Source: an uncultured Lachnospiraceae bacterium (GTDB lineage: Bacteria > Bacillota > Clostridia > Lachnospirales > Lachnospiraceae). From it: DNA of 64,000 nucleotides. The stretch is from assembly GCA_910577105.1 (NCBI GenBank), contig CAJTMB010000013.1, positions 7,846-71,845 of the forward strand. Direction: 5' to 3'. The translations under genes and the position numbers were made by a program. The notes beneath the pieces were generated by a model. That model saw only the letters and a list, made by a program, of their open reading frames with translations, made no database searches and was not told the DNA's origin. This document shows, piece by piece, positions 30,514 through 40,532 of this stretch. Position 1 is the stretch's first letter; each line of letters begins with the position of its first letter.

Positions 30514-31173
30514 ATGAATATTAATTTGCAGGGAAGTAACGGTCCGTTCGGCACAGGTCTGATGCCGCTTTTTGGCAACGGACTGAAAAGCACGGAACAA
30601 AAGATGGAAAGAATGGCAAAGAGGGACAGCGAGGTTGCTTTTTTTGAGGCGCAGAAAGATAATTTGAAAAACATGAAATGTGACAGTCTGGAGGATATTC
30701 AAAGAAAGCTGGAAATGCTGCATTCCTATGAAGACCAGATAGCTGCCGCGAAAGCTTCATACAATAATGAGCAAATGTTCCATGTCTTGGATGAGGCAAT
30801 GGAAAAAGGCGAAAAGATTGCCGAAGAGGCAGAAAAAACCGAGCCGAAGACGCCGGAAGAGAGGAAGAAGGAGCTTATCGAAGAAGCCCTCGGCACAGAC
30901 GGAGAGAAAGGCGTCCTTACGGAAGTCATGGAAGAAATGACGGATTTGGCAAAGGAGCAGATGGAAGAAGCGGCGGATTTGGCAGAGGAACTTCAGGAGC
31001 AGACCGAAGGAGTAAAGGCAGAGGAATTACAAAAACAGGCCGAAGGAGCGCTGAAAAAGGAAACCGCAGTACAGTCAGGACTCTTGCTCCAAAAAACGGA
31101 AGAAGCTGTAAAAGAAAAACAAATTGCGGAAGCAGGCGCCGCCGTGTATAAAAGATTAGATATCCGTATATAA
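30514..31173 (+). CDS. Acidic coiled-coil hypothetical protein
   Basis: SD GGAGG, E/K-rich 219 aa, C-terminal 'YKRLDIRI'. Confidence 0.75.
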   Translation: MNINLQGSNGPFGTGLMPLFGNGLKSTEQKMERMAKRDSEVAFFEAQKDNLKNMKCDSLEDIQRKLEMLHSYEDQIAAAKASYNNEQMFHVLDEAMEKGEKIAEEAEKTEPKTPEERKKELIEEALGTDGEKGVLTEVMEEMTDLAKEQMEEAADLAEELQEQTEGVKAEELQKQAEGALKKETAVQSGLLLQKTEEAVKEKQIAEAGAAVYKRLDIRI

Positions 31174-31206
31174 TAATAGTCTGCACGAAAAAAGACAAAT
31201 CAAAAC

Positions 31207-31248
31207 GGAAGCCCCCAAAACTGCACCGATGCAGTTCTGGAGGCTTCC
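31207..31248 (+). terminator. Long hairpin, probable terminator
   Basis: GGAAGCCCCCAAAACTGCA-CCGA-TGCAGTTCTGGAGGCTTCC. Confidence 0.55.
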
Positions 31249-31313
31249 TTAGGGGAGGATAAGTATTAAATTTATCTTTGGTGATAAATTCATCAAAGGA
31301 GGGGGTTCCGTTG

Positions 31314-32327
31314 ATGACTAATGATAGTATGACCGCAAGTTTTCTTTTTATACAAAAAATTTTAAAAATATCGGGAATTGTTTTTGCCTGCTGCATTTTT
31401 TGGATTGGATGCGGAAAAAAAACAGGTTCCGAAATCAGGATAGGCGCCATGAAAGGGCCGACCACTATCGGGCTTTTGCATCTGATGGAGGAGGCAAAGG
31501 AAGGCAATACGGAAAATGCATATGCGTTCACCATGGCTGCGGGGGCGGATGAACTGACGCCGCTTCTGGCGAAAGGAGAACTGGATATTGCACTGGTTCC
31601 CGCCAATGTGGCAGCCATTCTTTATCAAAAAACCGGCGGTGGCATCTGTGTTATAGATATCAACACGCTGGGTGTGCTGTATATGGTATCGGCAGATGAG
31701 GGTGTGGAAGGCGCGGCGGATTTAAGGGGAAAGACCATCTACCTTACAGGAAGGGGCACTACGCCGGACTACGTACTGCAGTACCTGCTTTCCCAAAACG
31801 GCATCGGCATGGATGAAGTAACGCTGGAATACCGCTCGGAGGCGACAGAGGTGGCGGCGCTGCTTGCAGAAAATCCGAAAGCGCTCGGGCTTTTGCCCCA
31901 GCCTTTTGCTGCCATGGCCTGTGCGAAAAACGACAACCTTGCCCTGTGCTTTTCCATGACGGAGGAGTGGGATAAGGTGCAGGTAGGGGAAGGCAGCCGC
32001 CTTGTGACGGGTGTTACGGTTGTGCGGAGGGCGTTTCTTCTGGAACATCCGGAAGCGGTGGAAATGTTTTTAAACGAACATGCTGAAAGCGCGGCTTATA
32101 CCGCAGATAATCAGGCGGAAACGGCAAGGCTCTGCGCGGAGGCGGGAATCATTGCCGACGAGCAGGCGGCCATGCAGGCGATACCCTTCTGCGGCATTAC
32201 CTGCATAACGGGAGAAGAAATGAAGCGGGCGCTTGGCGGATATCTGGCGGTTTTGTACGATAAAAATCCTGAGTCCGTGGGGGGAATCCTGCCGGACGAT
32301 GATTTTTACTACGGGGTAAAAGAGTGA
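31314..32327 (+). CDS. ABC transporter substrate-binding protein (SsuA/THI5/NMT1-like)
   Basis: 'MKGPTTIGL', 'DIALVPANVAA', 'DLRGKTI', 'GTTPDY'. Confidence 0.85.
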   Translation: MTNDSMTASFLFIQKILKISGIVFACCIFWIGCGKKTGSEIRIGAMKGPTTIGLLHLMEEAKEGNTENAYAFTMAAGADELTPLLAKGELDIALVPANVAAILYQKTGGGICVIDINTLGVLYMVSADEGVEGAADLRGKTIYLTGRGTTPDYVLQYLLSQNGIGMDEVTLEYRSEATEVAALLAENPKALGLLPQPFAAMACAKNDNLALCFSMTEEWDKVQVGEGSRLVTGVTVVRRAFLLEHPEAVEMFLNEHAESAAYTADNQAETARLCAEAGIIADEQAAMQAIPFCGITCITGEEMKRALGGYLAVLYDKNPESVGGILPDDDFYYGVKE

Positions 32328-33715
32328 AACGAAACATGAAAAATTGGCGAAGCATGGCAGAAAAAAAGTGGATAAGGCGGACGGCGGCATGTCTGTTCTG
32401 GCTGTGTGTCTGGCAGTCTGTTTTTTTGCTGGCGGATAATAAAATTTTGTTTGCAGGACCCGTACAGACGGCGAAGGCCCTGCTTTCAGAGATTTTTACT
32501 TTCGCGTTCTGGCAGGTAACCGGAATGTCCCTTTTCCGGATACTGCTGGGACTTTTTCTTGCTTTTTTTGCGGGCGCCCTGTTGGGGATTGCTGCTTATA
32601 AATCCGCCTTTCTGAAAGAACTGCTTTCCCCCCTTATGCTGTTTTGCAAGGCGGTGCCGGTGGCTTCTTTTGCCGTGATACTCCTTATCTGGTGGGGGGC
32701 GGGCTTGCTGTCAACGGCGGTTATTTTTCTGGTTGTTCTTCCCATGGTTTATATCAATATTTATGAGGGACTTAAAAGTGCCGATGAAAAGCTTTTGCAG
32801 ATGGCAAAGGTTTTTGATATGCCTCTTCGGAACAAGGTATTTTATGTCTATCTGCCGTCGCTTGCCCCATTTATGGACGGGTGCATCAAAACGGCGGTGG
32901 GAATGGGTATCAAGGCGGGTGTGGCGGCGGAAGTAATCGGCACGCCAAAATGGTCCCTGGGAGGGGAACTTTACCTCTCTAAAATCTATCTTGACACGGC
33001 AGGCGTGTTTGCGTGGACGGCAGTGGTGACAGCGTTGGGATTTACCTTGGAAAAAGCAATCCTTTTTTGCCGGCGCCGTTTTTGCAAAAGCCGTCCGGGG
33101 CCTATTAGGGGAAGGAAAAAAGAATCCGTGCCGGTAAGCATATATACCGAGGATATCGGAAAAGCATTCGGGGACCATGCCGTACTTTGCGGCATTACAA
33201 AAAAACTGGAATCCGGAAAGCTATACTGCCTGACGGGAGCATCGGGAGCGGGAAAAACCACGCTGGTGCACATGCTGGCGGGACTGGAAAAGCCGGACCG
33301 GGGCAGGATGGAAATGCAGGGCGGGAAAAGTTCCAAAAGCGGCATATCTGCCGCAGGCGTGTTTCAGGAAGACAGGCTTTGTGAAGAAGAAAGCGCCGCA
33401 GTGAATGTCAGACTGGTATCCCGTGATTACGGGAAGTCGGAAGAATGCCTCAAAGAACTGCTGCCGGTGGAAGCAATCTCTCTGCCGGTAAAGAACTTAA
33501 GCGGCGGTATGCGCAGGCGTGTCTGCCTTGCCCGTGCGCTTGCGGCGGATGCAGACTGGCTTTTTCTGGACGAGCCCTTTACCGGTCTGGATGAAGAAAA
33601 CAAAGAAAGGGCAATCCGGACCATTGAAAAGTATCGCGGAAACAGGCTTACGGTGCTCGTAACGCATGATATGAATGATGCAGCAAAACTGGGCGGAGAA
33701 ATTTGGAAAATATAA
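32324..33715 (+). CDS. Fused ABC permease + ATPase (SsuC/SsuB-like)
   Basis: N-terminal TM domain; C-terminal GASGAGKTT, LSGGM, FLDEPF, VTH. Confidence 0.88.
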   Translation: MKRNMKNWRSMAEKKWIRRTAACLFWLCVWQSVFLLADNKILFAGPVQTAKALLSEIFTFAFWQVTGMSLFRILLGLFLAFFAGALLGIAAYKSAFLKELLSPLMLFCKAVPVASFAVILLIWWGAGLLSTAVIFLVVLPMVYINIYEGLKSADEKLLQMAKVFDMPLRNKVFYVYLPSLAPFMDGCIKTAVGMGIKAGVAAEVIGTPKWSLGGELYLSKIYLDTAGVFAWTAVVTALGFTLEKAILFCRRRFCKSRPGPIRGRKKESVPVSIYTEDIGKAFGDHAVLCGITKKLESGKLYCLTGASGAGKTTLVHMLAGLEKPDRGRMEMQGGKSSKSGISAAGVFQEDRLCEEESAAVNVRLVSRDYGKSEECLKELLPVEAISLPVKNLSGGMRRRVCLARALAADADWLFLDEPFTGLDEENKERAIRTIEKYRGNRLTVLVTHDMNDAAKLGGEIWKI

Positions 33716-33758
33716 AGTAGAAAATGCAGAAAACACAGAAAAACGCTACGAAAAAGCA

Positions 33759-33787
33759 TAGACAAGTCCCCGTTCTTATGCTATAAT
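33759..33787 (+). promoter_or_regulatory. sigmaA promoter of tig
   Basis: TAGACA-17 bp-TATAAT with TG extension. Confidence 0.65.
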
Positions 33788-33860
33788 CCTAAAATGACTG
33801 TGACTATATCCGTTTCGGCGTACATATATGCAGCCACGATTTTAAGGAGGAAATGTAACG

Positions 33861-35207
33861 ATGGGTTTACAGGTAGAAAAACTGGAAAAAAATATGGCAA
33901 AGCTGACAATTGAAGTGTCTTCCGAAAAACTGGAGGCAGCCATAGAAACCGCTTATCAGAAAAACAAAAACAAAATCAGTGTACCCGGATTCCGCAAGGG
34001 TAAGGTACCGCGTAAGATGATTGAGCAGATGTACGGTGCGGCTATCTTTTATGAAGATGCGGCAAATGAGCTGATTCCTGAGGCATATGAAAACGCATTG
34101 GAGGAATGTACGGAGGAAATCGTGTCCGCTCCCAAGGTGGATGTGATTCAGATAGAAGCTGGAAAACCCTTTATCTTTACGGCAGAGGTTGCTTTAAAAC
34201 CGGAGGTAACCCTGGGCAAGTATAAAGGCGTGAAGATTGACAAGGTCGATGTGGAAGTGACCGAAGAAGAAATCAACGAGCAGATTGAAAAAGAAAGAGA
34301 AAACAGTGCAAGAACCATTACCGTTGAGGACAGACCCGTAAAAGACGGTGATATCACTACCATAGATTTTGAGGGATTTGTAGACGGTAAAGCATTTGAG
34401 GGCGGAAAAGGCACGGATTATCCGCTGACAATCGGCTCCGGTTCATTTATTCCCGGATTCGAAGAGCAGCTGATTGGCGCTTCGATTGACGAGGAGAAAG
34501 AAGTAAACGTTACGTTCCCTGAGGATTACCACGCAGCGGAACTGGCAGGAAAACCCGCAGTATTTAAGTGTGTGGTAAAAGGCATTAAGGAGAAAGAACT
34601 GCCCGAACTGGATGATGAGTTTGCAAGCGAAGTTTCCACTTTTGATACCTTGGCTGAGTATAAAGAGGACGTGAAAAAGACCTTGCTCGCAAAGAAGGAA
34701 GATGCTGCAAAGAGCGCTAAAGAAGAGGCAGTCATCGAAGCCGTAATTGAGGATGCCAAGATGGAGATTCCCGATGCAATGGTAGAAACAGAGCAGCGCC
34801 AGATGATTGATGAATTTGCACAGAGAATCCAGATGCAGGGACTGTCCATGGAGCAGTACATGCAGTTTACGGGAACCAATCCGCAGATGCTTCTGGAGCA
34901 GAGCAAACCGCAGGCATTAAAGAGGATTCAGTCCAGGCTGGTATTGGAAGCGGTTGCCGCTGCTGAGAATTTATCTGCCAATGAAGAAGAATTTGAAGAA
35001 GAAGTGAAAAAAATGTCTGAAAAGTACCAGATGGAACCGGATAAAATCAAGGAGACACTGGGAGAACACGGCAAAAAGCAGCTGATGGCAGATATTGCAG
35101 TAAACAAGGCAGTTGATTTCCTGACAGCAAATGCAAAAGAGGGAAAAGCGGCAAAGTCTGCAAAAGCGAAGGCTGAGAAGGCAAAGGAAGCGGAAACGGA
35201 AGAATAA
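33861..35207 (+). CDS. tig: Trigger factor
   Basis: 'PGFRKGKVP' signature, FKBP domain 'FIPGFEEQLIG'. Confidence 0.97.
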   Translation: MGLQVEKLEKNMAKLTIEVSSEKLEAAIETAYQKNKNKISVPGFRKGKVPRKMIEQMYGAAIFYEDAANELIPEAYENALEECTEEIVSAPKVDVIQIEAGKPFIFTAEVALKPEVTLGKYKGVKIDKVDVEVTEEEINEQIEKERENSARTITVEDRPVKDGDITTIDFEGFVDGKAFEGGKGTDYPLTIGSGSFIPGFEEQLIGASIDEEKEVNVTFPEDYHAAELAGKPAVFKCVVKGIKEKELPELDDEFASEVSTFDTLAEYKEDVKKTLLAKKEDAAKSAKEEAVIEAVIEDAKMEIPDAMVETEQRQMIDEFAQRIQMQGLSMEQYMQFTGTNPQMLLEQSKPQALKRIQSRLVLEAVAAAENLSANEEEFEEEVKKMSEKYQMEPDKIKETLGEHGKKQLMADIAVNKAVDFLTANAKEGKAAKSAKAKAEKAKEAETEE

Positions 35208-35255
35208 CAGGTATGAAATCTGTGTTTGGACAGATACTATTTCCGAGGTGATGAT

Positions 35256-35396
35256 GTGAAAAACAGGGAAGAAACCAGACAACAGATGAATCATAATGAA
35301 TTTAACAGTGTAACCCAGAAGAAAAAACCGGAGAATCAGAATCAGGAGCATAACGTCAGAAAAGAAGGGCTTCAGCCGATGAACCGGAAAAAGTAA
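35256..35396 (+). CDS. Unannotated 46-aa N/Q/K-rich small protein, possibly spore-associated
   Basis: SD GAGGTGA before GTG; sigG-like GTATG-17-GATACTA upstream; terminator downstream. Confidence 0.55.
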   Translation: MKNREETRQQMNHNEFNSVTQKKKPENQNQEHNVRKEGLQPMNRKK

Positions 35397-35402
35397 ATGA
35401 GG

Positions 35403-35435
35403 GAAACAGCGTGGCAGAAGCCGCGCTGTTTCTTT
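35403..35435 (+). terminator. Intrinsic terminator
   Basis: GAAACAGCGTGGC-AGAA-GCCGCGCTGTTTC then TTT. Confidence 0.7.
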
Positions 35436-35576
35436 GGCTCTGGTTTCAATTCCATTTCTTTGTTAAGTTTTTCTTAAATCCAAGGTTTGAGATTGCAAAA
35501 ATTTTTGTTGTAGTCTATTATGAAAGATAAGTGTATAGGCAAGACTGAAAATAAATAACAGAACGGAGGAAAGCAT

Positions 35577-36176
35577 ATGAGTTTAGTACCTTACGTCATA
35601 GAACAAACCAGCAGGGGAGAAAGGTCATACGACATCTATTCGCGTCTTTTGAAAGAAAGAATTATCTTTCTGGGAGAGGAAGTAAACGAAACCACGGCGA
35701 GCCTTGTAGTGGCCCAGCTTTTGTTTCTTGAAGCGGAAGACCCGGAAAAGGACATTAACCTTTATATTAACAGTCCCGGCGGTTCCGTAACGGCAGGTAT
35801 GGCAATATATGATACCATGCGATTCATCAAGTGCGATGTATCCACCATATGCATCGGTATGGCTGCAAGTATGGGTGCATTCTTACTGGCAGGCGGCACG
35901 AAAGGAAAGAGGATGGCGCTTCCCAATGCTGAAATTATGATTCATCAGCCGCTTGGCGGGGCACAGGGACAGGCAACGGAGATTGAAATTGCCGCAAAGC
36001 ATATTTTGCAGACAAAAGAAAAGCTGAACAAGATACTGGCTGAAAATACGGGAAGGGATTATGAAATTATAGCTGCGGATACGGAGAGGGATAATTGGAA
36101 ATCGGCCCAGGAAGCGATGGAGTATGGACTGATTGACAAAGTGATTACCTCCCATTCATCCGGCGAGAAAGAATAA
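35577..36176 (+). CDS. clpP: ATP-dependent Clp protease proteolytic subunit
   Basis: 'YINSPGGSV', 'AASMGA', 'MIHQP'. Confidence 0.97.
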   Translation: MSLVPYVIEQTSRGERSYDIYSRLLKERIIFLGEEVNETTASLVVAQLLFLEAEDPEKDINLYINSPGGSVTAGMAIYDTMRFIKCDVSTICIGMAASMGAFLLAGGTKGKRMALPNAEIMIHQPLGGAQGQATEIEIAAKHILQTKEKLNKILAENTGRDYEIIAADTERDNWKSAQEAMEYGLIDKVITSHSSGEKE

Positions 36177-36228
36177 AATTTATTATCGCTGATACTGCAG
36201 GAGTGCAGTATGCGCGGAAAGGAAAGAG

Positions 36229-37494
36229 ATGGCAGGAAAGAGTTCCGGCAATGATGTAAGATGTTCATTCTGTAACAAAACGCAGGAGCAGGTCAGGAAG
36301 CTGATAGCGGGACCTGCCGGCGTTTATATCTGTGATGAATGTATTGAAATATGCGGAGACATATTAGAAGAAGAATTTGAGGAAGATAATTTACCGATGG
36401 AGGATGCGCCGGATTTTAAGCTTTTAAAGCCGGTGGAAATCAAAAAGTTCCTTGATGACTATGTGATTGGGCAGGACGCAGCCAAAAAAGTGCTGTCAGT
36501 GGCTGTTTACAACCACTACAAAAGGGTTATGGCAAACAAGGGGCCTCAGGATGTGGAACTGCAGAAGAGCAATATCATTATGGTGGGGCCTACGGGTTCC
36601 GGCAAAACTTATCTGGCACAGACTCTTGCAAAGATTATTAATGTACCCTTTGCGATTGCGGACGCCACTACACTGACCGAGGCGGGTTATGTGGGTGAGG
36701 ACGTGGAGAACATCCTGTTAAAGCTGATTCAGGCAGCGGATTATGATGTGGAGCGTGCCCAGTACGGCATAATTTACATTGATGAGATTGATAAGATTAC
36801 CAAAAAGAGTGAAAACGTATCCATTACAAGGGATGTATCAGGAGAAGGCGTGCAGCAGGCGCTGTTAAAGATTATTGAGGGGACGGTGGCAAGTGTTCCG
36901 CCGCAGGGAGGAAGGAAACATCCCCATCAGGAATTGATTCAGGTGGATACTTCCAACATCCTGTTTATCTGTGGGGGCGCTTTTGACGGCCTTGACAAAA
37001 TAGTGGAAACAAGACTGAATCGGAAAACCATTGGTTTTAATGCAAAGATTACGGAAAAGGCAGCAAAAGAACTCGGGGAAATATTAGGGGAAGTAACGCC
37101 GCAGGATTTGGTGAAGTTTGGACTTATTCCCGAATTTGTGGGTCGTGTGCCTATTAATGTTTCTTTGCAGGGACTTGATAAAGAGGCTCTTGTCCGTATT
37201 TTGAGGGAGCCAAAGAATGCTTTGATAAAACAATACCAGTGTCTTTTTGAAATGGATGATGTTAAACTCAGTTTTGAAGAAGACGCAATCGATGCCATAG
37301 CAAAACTGGCCATGGAAAGAAAAACCGGCGCAAGGGGGCTCAGGTCCATCATGGAGAATGTGATGATGGACGTTATGTACCGTATCCCATCGGATGATAC
37401 CATAGAAAAAGTGATAATCACAAAGGGTGCGGTAGAGGGCATAAGCGAACCGCTTACAATACATCGGGAAACAGTCATGAAAAAAGCAAAGTAA
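36229..37494 (+). CDS. clpX: Clp protease ATPase ClpX
   Basis: N-terminal Zn finger, GPTGSGKT, 'IDEIDK', IGF loop. Confidence 0.97.
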   Translation: MAGKSSGNDVRCSFCNKTQEQVRKLIAGPAGVYICDECIEICGDILEEEFEEDNLPMEDAPDFKLLKPVEIKKFLDDYVIGQDAAKKVLSVAVYNHYKRVMANKGPQDVELQKSNIIMVGPTGSGKTYLAQTLAKIINVPFAIADATTLTEAGYVGEDVENILLKLIQAADYDVERAQYGIIYIDEIDKITKKSENVSITRDVSGEGVQQALLKIIEGTVASVPPQGGRKHPHQELIQVDTSNILFICGGAFDGLDKIVETRLNRKTIGFNAKITEKAAKELGEILGEVTPQDLVKFGLIPEFVGRVPINVSLQGLDKEALVRILREPKNALIKQYQCLFEMDDVKLSFEEDAIDAIAKLAMERKTGARGLRSIMENVMMDVMYRIPSDDTIEKVIITKGAVEGISEPLTIHRETVMKKAK

Positions 37495-37564
37495 GTGAAA
37501 CGCCGTTACTTTTTTAGTGCGGCGTTTTCCATTCATTGTGCATTTAGGGGAGAATCGACAAGAT

Positions 37565-39931
37565 ATGGAAAATAATATGATGATAAATTTAGAGATGCCG
37601 GCAGTTGCCTTAAGAGGATTGAGCATCTTTCCGGGAATGCTGATTCACTTTGATTTGAGCCGTGACAAATCTGTCCATGCGGTAGAGCAGGCTATGTTGG
37701 GAAGACAGCTTTTGTTTGTGGTTTCACAAAAGGATGAAACAGTTGAGAATCCTGTCAGGACTGACCTCTATGATGTCGGAACCGTCACAAAACTGAAGCA
37801 AATCAGCAGGCTTCCTAACGGAATTGTAAGGGTATTGGTGGAAGGACATGTGCGGGCCAGGCTGATTTCGCTAGAAGAGGAAATGCAATACCTTCTTGTG
37901 GAAATCGAAGAAATGCCTGATGAAGAAGATGCAGACGAAACGATAAATAAGGCAATGATTAGGGAACTGCAGGAAGTGTTCCGGGGTTACAGCAAACTTT
38001 ATCCGAAAATCGGAAGGGCGCTGGAAAAAAAGATGGAAACCGTTCAGCAGCTGAAAGTCCTGATAGATACCATGACCAGCGGACTGCCGCTTTCCGTAAG
38101 TTCAAAGCAGAAGATATTGTGTGCCGAAACTCTGAGGGAGAGGTTCGAGTATTTGTCCGCCGTGCTGTACAGCGAAATTCAGATTGGATTGATTCGGAAG
38201 GAATTGACTGAAAAAATACAAAAGAAGGTTGATAAAAACCAGAGAGAATATATTTTGCGGGAGCAGTTGAATGCCATCAGGGAGGAATTGGGAGAGAACG
38301 ACGTCACATCGGAAGCCGACCGTTTTCAGGAAGAACTCCATAAGTTGAAAGCAGGCAAAGAAGTCAAGGATAAGATAGCAAGGGAAATTTCCAGATATAA
38401 AAAACTGTCCTCGGGCAGTTCGGAAAGTGCGGTGGAGAGGACATATATTGAAACACTTCTGCAAATGCCCTGGAACAGGTTTTCCAAGGATAATACGGAT
38501 ATCGAACGAGCCGAACAGATATTGGAGGAAGACCATTACGGCATGGAGCAGGTAAAAGAGCGTATTCTTGAATTTTTAGCGGTCAGAAGCCTTACCAATG
38601 CAGTGGACAGCCCTATTGTCTGTCTGGTGGGGCCTCCGGGTACCGGAAAAACTTCCATTGCTAAAAGCGTGGCAAGAGCCCTGAACAAAGAATATGTGCG
38701 AATCAGCCTTGGAGGTGTCAGGGACGAAGCGGAAATCAGGGGGCACAGGAGGACTTATGTGGGAGCTATGCCGGGAAGGATTGCAACCGGTCTGAAACAG
38801 GCAGGGGTGAAAAACCCGTTAATGCTTTTGGATGAAATAGATAAGGTAAGCAGTGACTACAAAGGAGATACCTCTGCTGCGCTTCTGGAAGTTCTGGATG
38901 GTGAGCAAAACAACCGTTTCGGGGATCACTATCTGGAAATTCCGCTTGATTTGTCACAAGTGTTATTTATTGCGACCGCAAACAGCACTACCGGCATTCC
39001 AAAACCTTTGCTGGACCGTATGGAATTGATAGAGGTAAACAGTTATACAGATAACGAAAAATTTCATATTGCAAAACAGTACTTGCTTGGCAAGGCATTT
39101 CGCAAAAACGGTCTGGAAAACGGACGTCTGATTATCAGCGACAAAGCGCTGCGTGTGGTAATCGAGGGTTATACAAGGGAAGCAGGAGTGCGCGGATTGG
39201 AGCGCAGAATAGGTGAAATCTGCAGGAAAGCTGCAAAGGCGCTGTTAAAGGAGTCACCGCAAAAAAGACAAACAGCGAGTATCAGGGTGACTACCCAGAA
39301 TCTCGAAAGATATCTGGGAAAAGTAAAATATACCAGAAGCCTGGCAAATGCGGAAGATGAAGTGGGGATTGTACGCGGGCTGGCATGGACCAGTGTCGGC
39401 GGGGATACCCTGCAAATTGAAGTGAATGTAATGCCCGGAAAAGGGGAATTGGAACTTACCGGACAGATGGGAGATGTTATGAAAGAATCTGCCATGACAG
39501 GGTTGAGTTATGTCAGGTCCATTAATCAGGAATATAATATTTCCGCAAAGACCTATAAAGAGAATGACTTTCATATACATATTCCAGAGGGGGCAGTTCC
39601 CAAAGACGGGCCTTCTGCCGGCATTACCATGGCGACAGCGCTGCTCTCTGCCATAACCGGGATGCCGGTACATGCAGATATTGCCATGACGGGAGAGATT
39701 ACACTGCGTGGCAGGGTGCTTCCTGTCGGAGGATTAAAAGAAAAAATACTGGCAGCCAAGAAAGCAGGCATAAAGAAAGTGCTTGTTCCGTCACAAAATA
39801 AAAAGGATGTTGAGGAAATTTCCGCAGAGATAAAGTCGGGCATGGAAATCTGTTTTGTGGAAAGGATGGAAGAGGTGCTGGGTCACGCCCTGGTCTGTGA
39901 GGAGAGGAAAAAGGAGAACCATGATAATTAA
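37565..39931 (+). CDS. lon: Lon protease
   Basis: GPPGTGKT, 'LLDEIDK', catalytic 'PKDGPSAG'. Confidence 0.96.
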   Translation: MENNMMINLEMPAVALRGLSIFPGMLIHFDLSRDKSVHAVEQAMLGRQLLFVVSQKDETVENPVRTDLYDVGTVTKLKQISRLPNGIVRVLVEGHVRARLISLEEEMQYLLVEIEEMPDEEDADETINKAMIRELQEVFRGYSKLYPKIGRALEKKMETVQQLKVLIDTMTSGLPLSVSSKQKILCAETLRERFEYLSAVLYSEIQIGLIRKELTEKIQKKVDKNQREYILREQLNAIREELGENDVTSEADRFQEELHKLKAGKEVKDKIAREISRYKKLSSGSSESAVERTYIETLLQMPWNRFSKDNTDIERAEQILEEDHYGMEQVKERILEFLAVRSLTNAVDSPIVCLVGPPGTGKTSIAKSVARALNKEYVRISLGGVRDEAEIRGHRRTYVGAMPGRIATGLKQAGVKNPLMLLDEIDKVSSDYKGDTSAALLEVLDGEQNNRFGDHYLEIPLDLSQVLFIATANSTTGIPKPLLDRMELIEVNSYTDNEKFHIAKQYLLGKAFRKNGLENGRLIISDKALRVVIEGYTREAGVRGLERRIGEICRKAAKALLKESPQKRQTASIRVTTQNLERYLGKVKYTRSLANAEDEVGIVRGLAWTSVGGDTLQIEVNVMPGKGELELTGQMGDVMKESAMTGLSYVRSINQEYNISAKTYKENDFHIHIPEGAVPKDGPSAGITMATALLSAITGMPVHADIAMTGEITLRGRVLPVGGLKEKILAAKKAGIKKVLVPSQNKKDVEEISAEIKSGMEICFVERMEEVLGHALVCEERKKENHDN

Positions 39932-40520
39932 GAATGTCAGTCTGGAAACGGTTTGCGGAATTACCAGCAAGATACCTGAAAACCAGCATCCCGAAGTCGC
40001 CTTTGCGGGAAAGAGCAATGTAGGGAAGTCTTCACTTATTAATGCGTTAATGAATAGAAAATCCCTTGCCCGTACCAGTGCTCAGCCTGGGAAGACACAG
40101 ACTATAAATTTTTATAATGTAAACGATGAAATTTATCTTGTGGATTTGCCGGGGTACGGATATGCCCGGGCGAATGAGGAAGTAAAGGCCAAATGGGGCA
40201 AAATGGTGGAAAATTACCTTCATAAATCCCGACAGCTGAAAGCGGTTTTTCTTCTGATAGATATTCGTCATGAGCCGGGGAGCAACGACAGGATTATGTA
40301 TGACTGGATTGTGGGACAGGGATTTTTTCCGATTATCGTTGCTACCAAACTGGACAAGATAAAAAGAAGTCAGGTATCTAAGCAGGTAAAACTGATTAAA
40401 GAGGCGCTTCATACAAAATCGGATACCATGGTTATTCCTTTTTCATCGGAAAACAAGCAGGGGCGGGATGAAATCTATCATCTGCTTGATGGATATCTGA
40501 CAGGAGAAATCAACGGATAA
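39921..40520 (+). CDS. yihA: Ribosome biogenesis GTPase YihA/YsxC
   Basis: GKSNVGKS, DLPGYG, TKLD. Confidence 0.95.
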   Translation: MIIKNVSLETVCGITSKIPENQHPEVAFAGKSNVGKSSLINALMNRKSLARTSAQPGKTQTINFYNVNDEIYLVDLPGYGYARANEEVKAKWGKMVENYLHKSRQLKAVFLLIDIRHEPGSNDRIMYDWIVGQGFFPIIVATKLDKIKRSQVSKQVKLIKEALHTKSDTMVIPFSSENKQGRDEIYHLLDGYLTGEING

Positions 40521-40532
40521 GAGGGATAAGAT

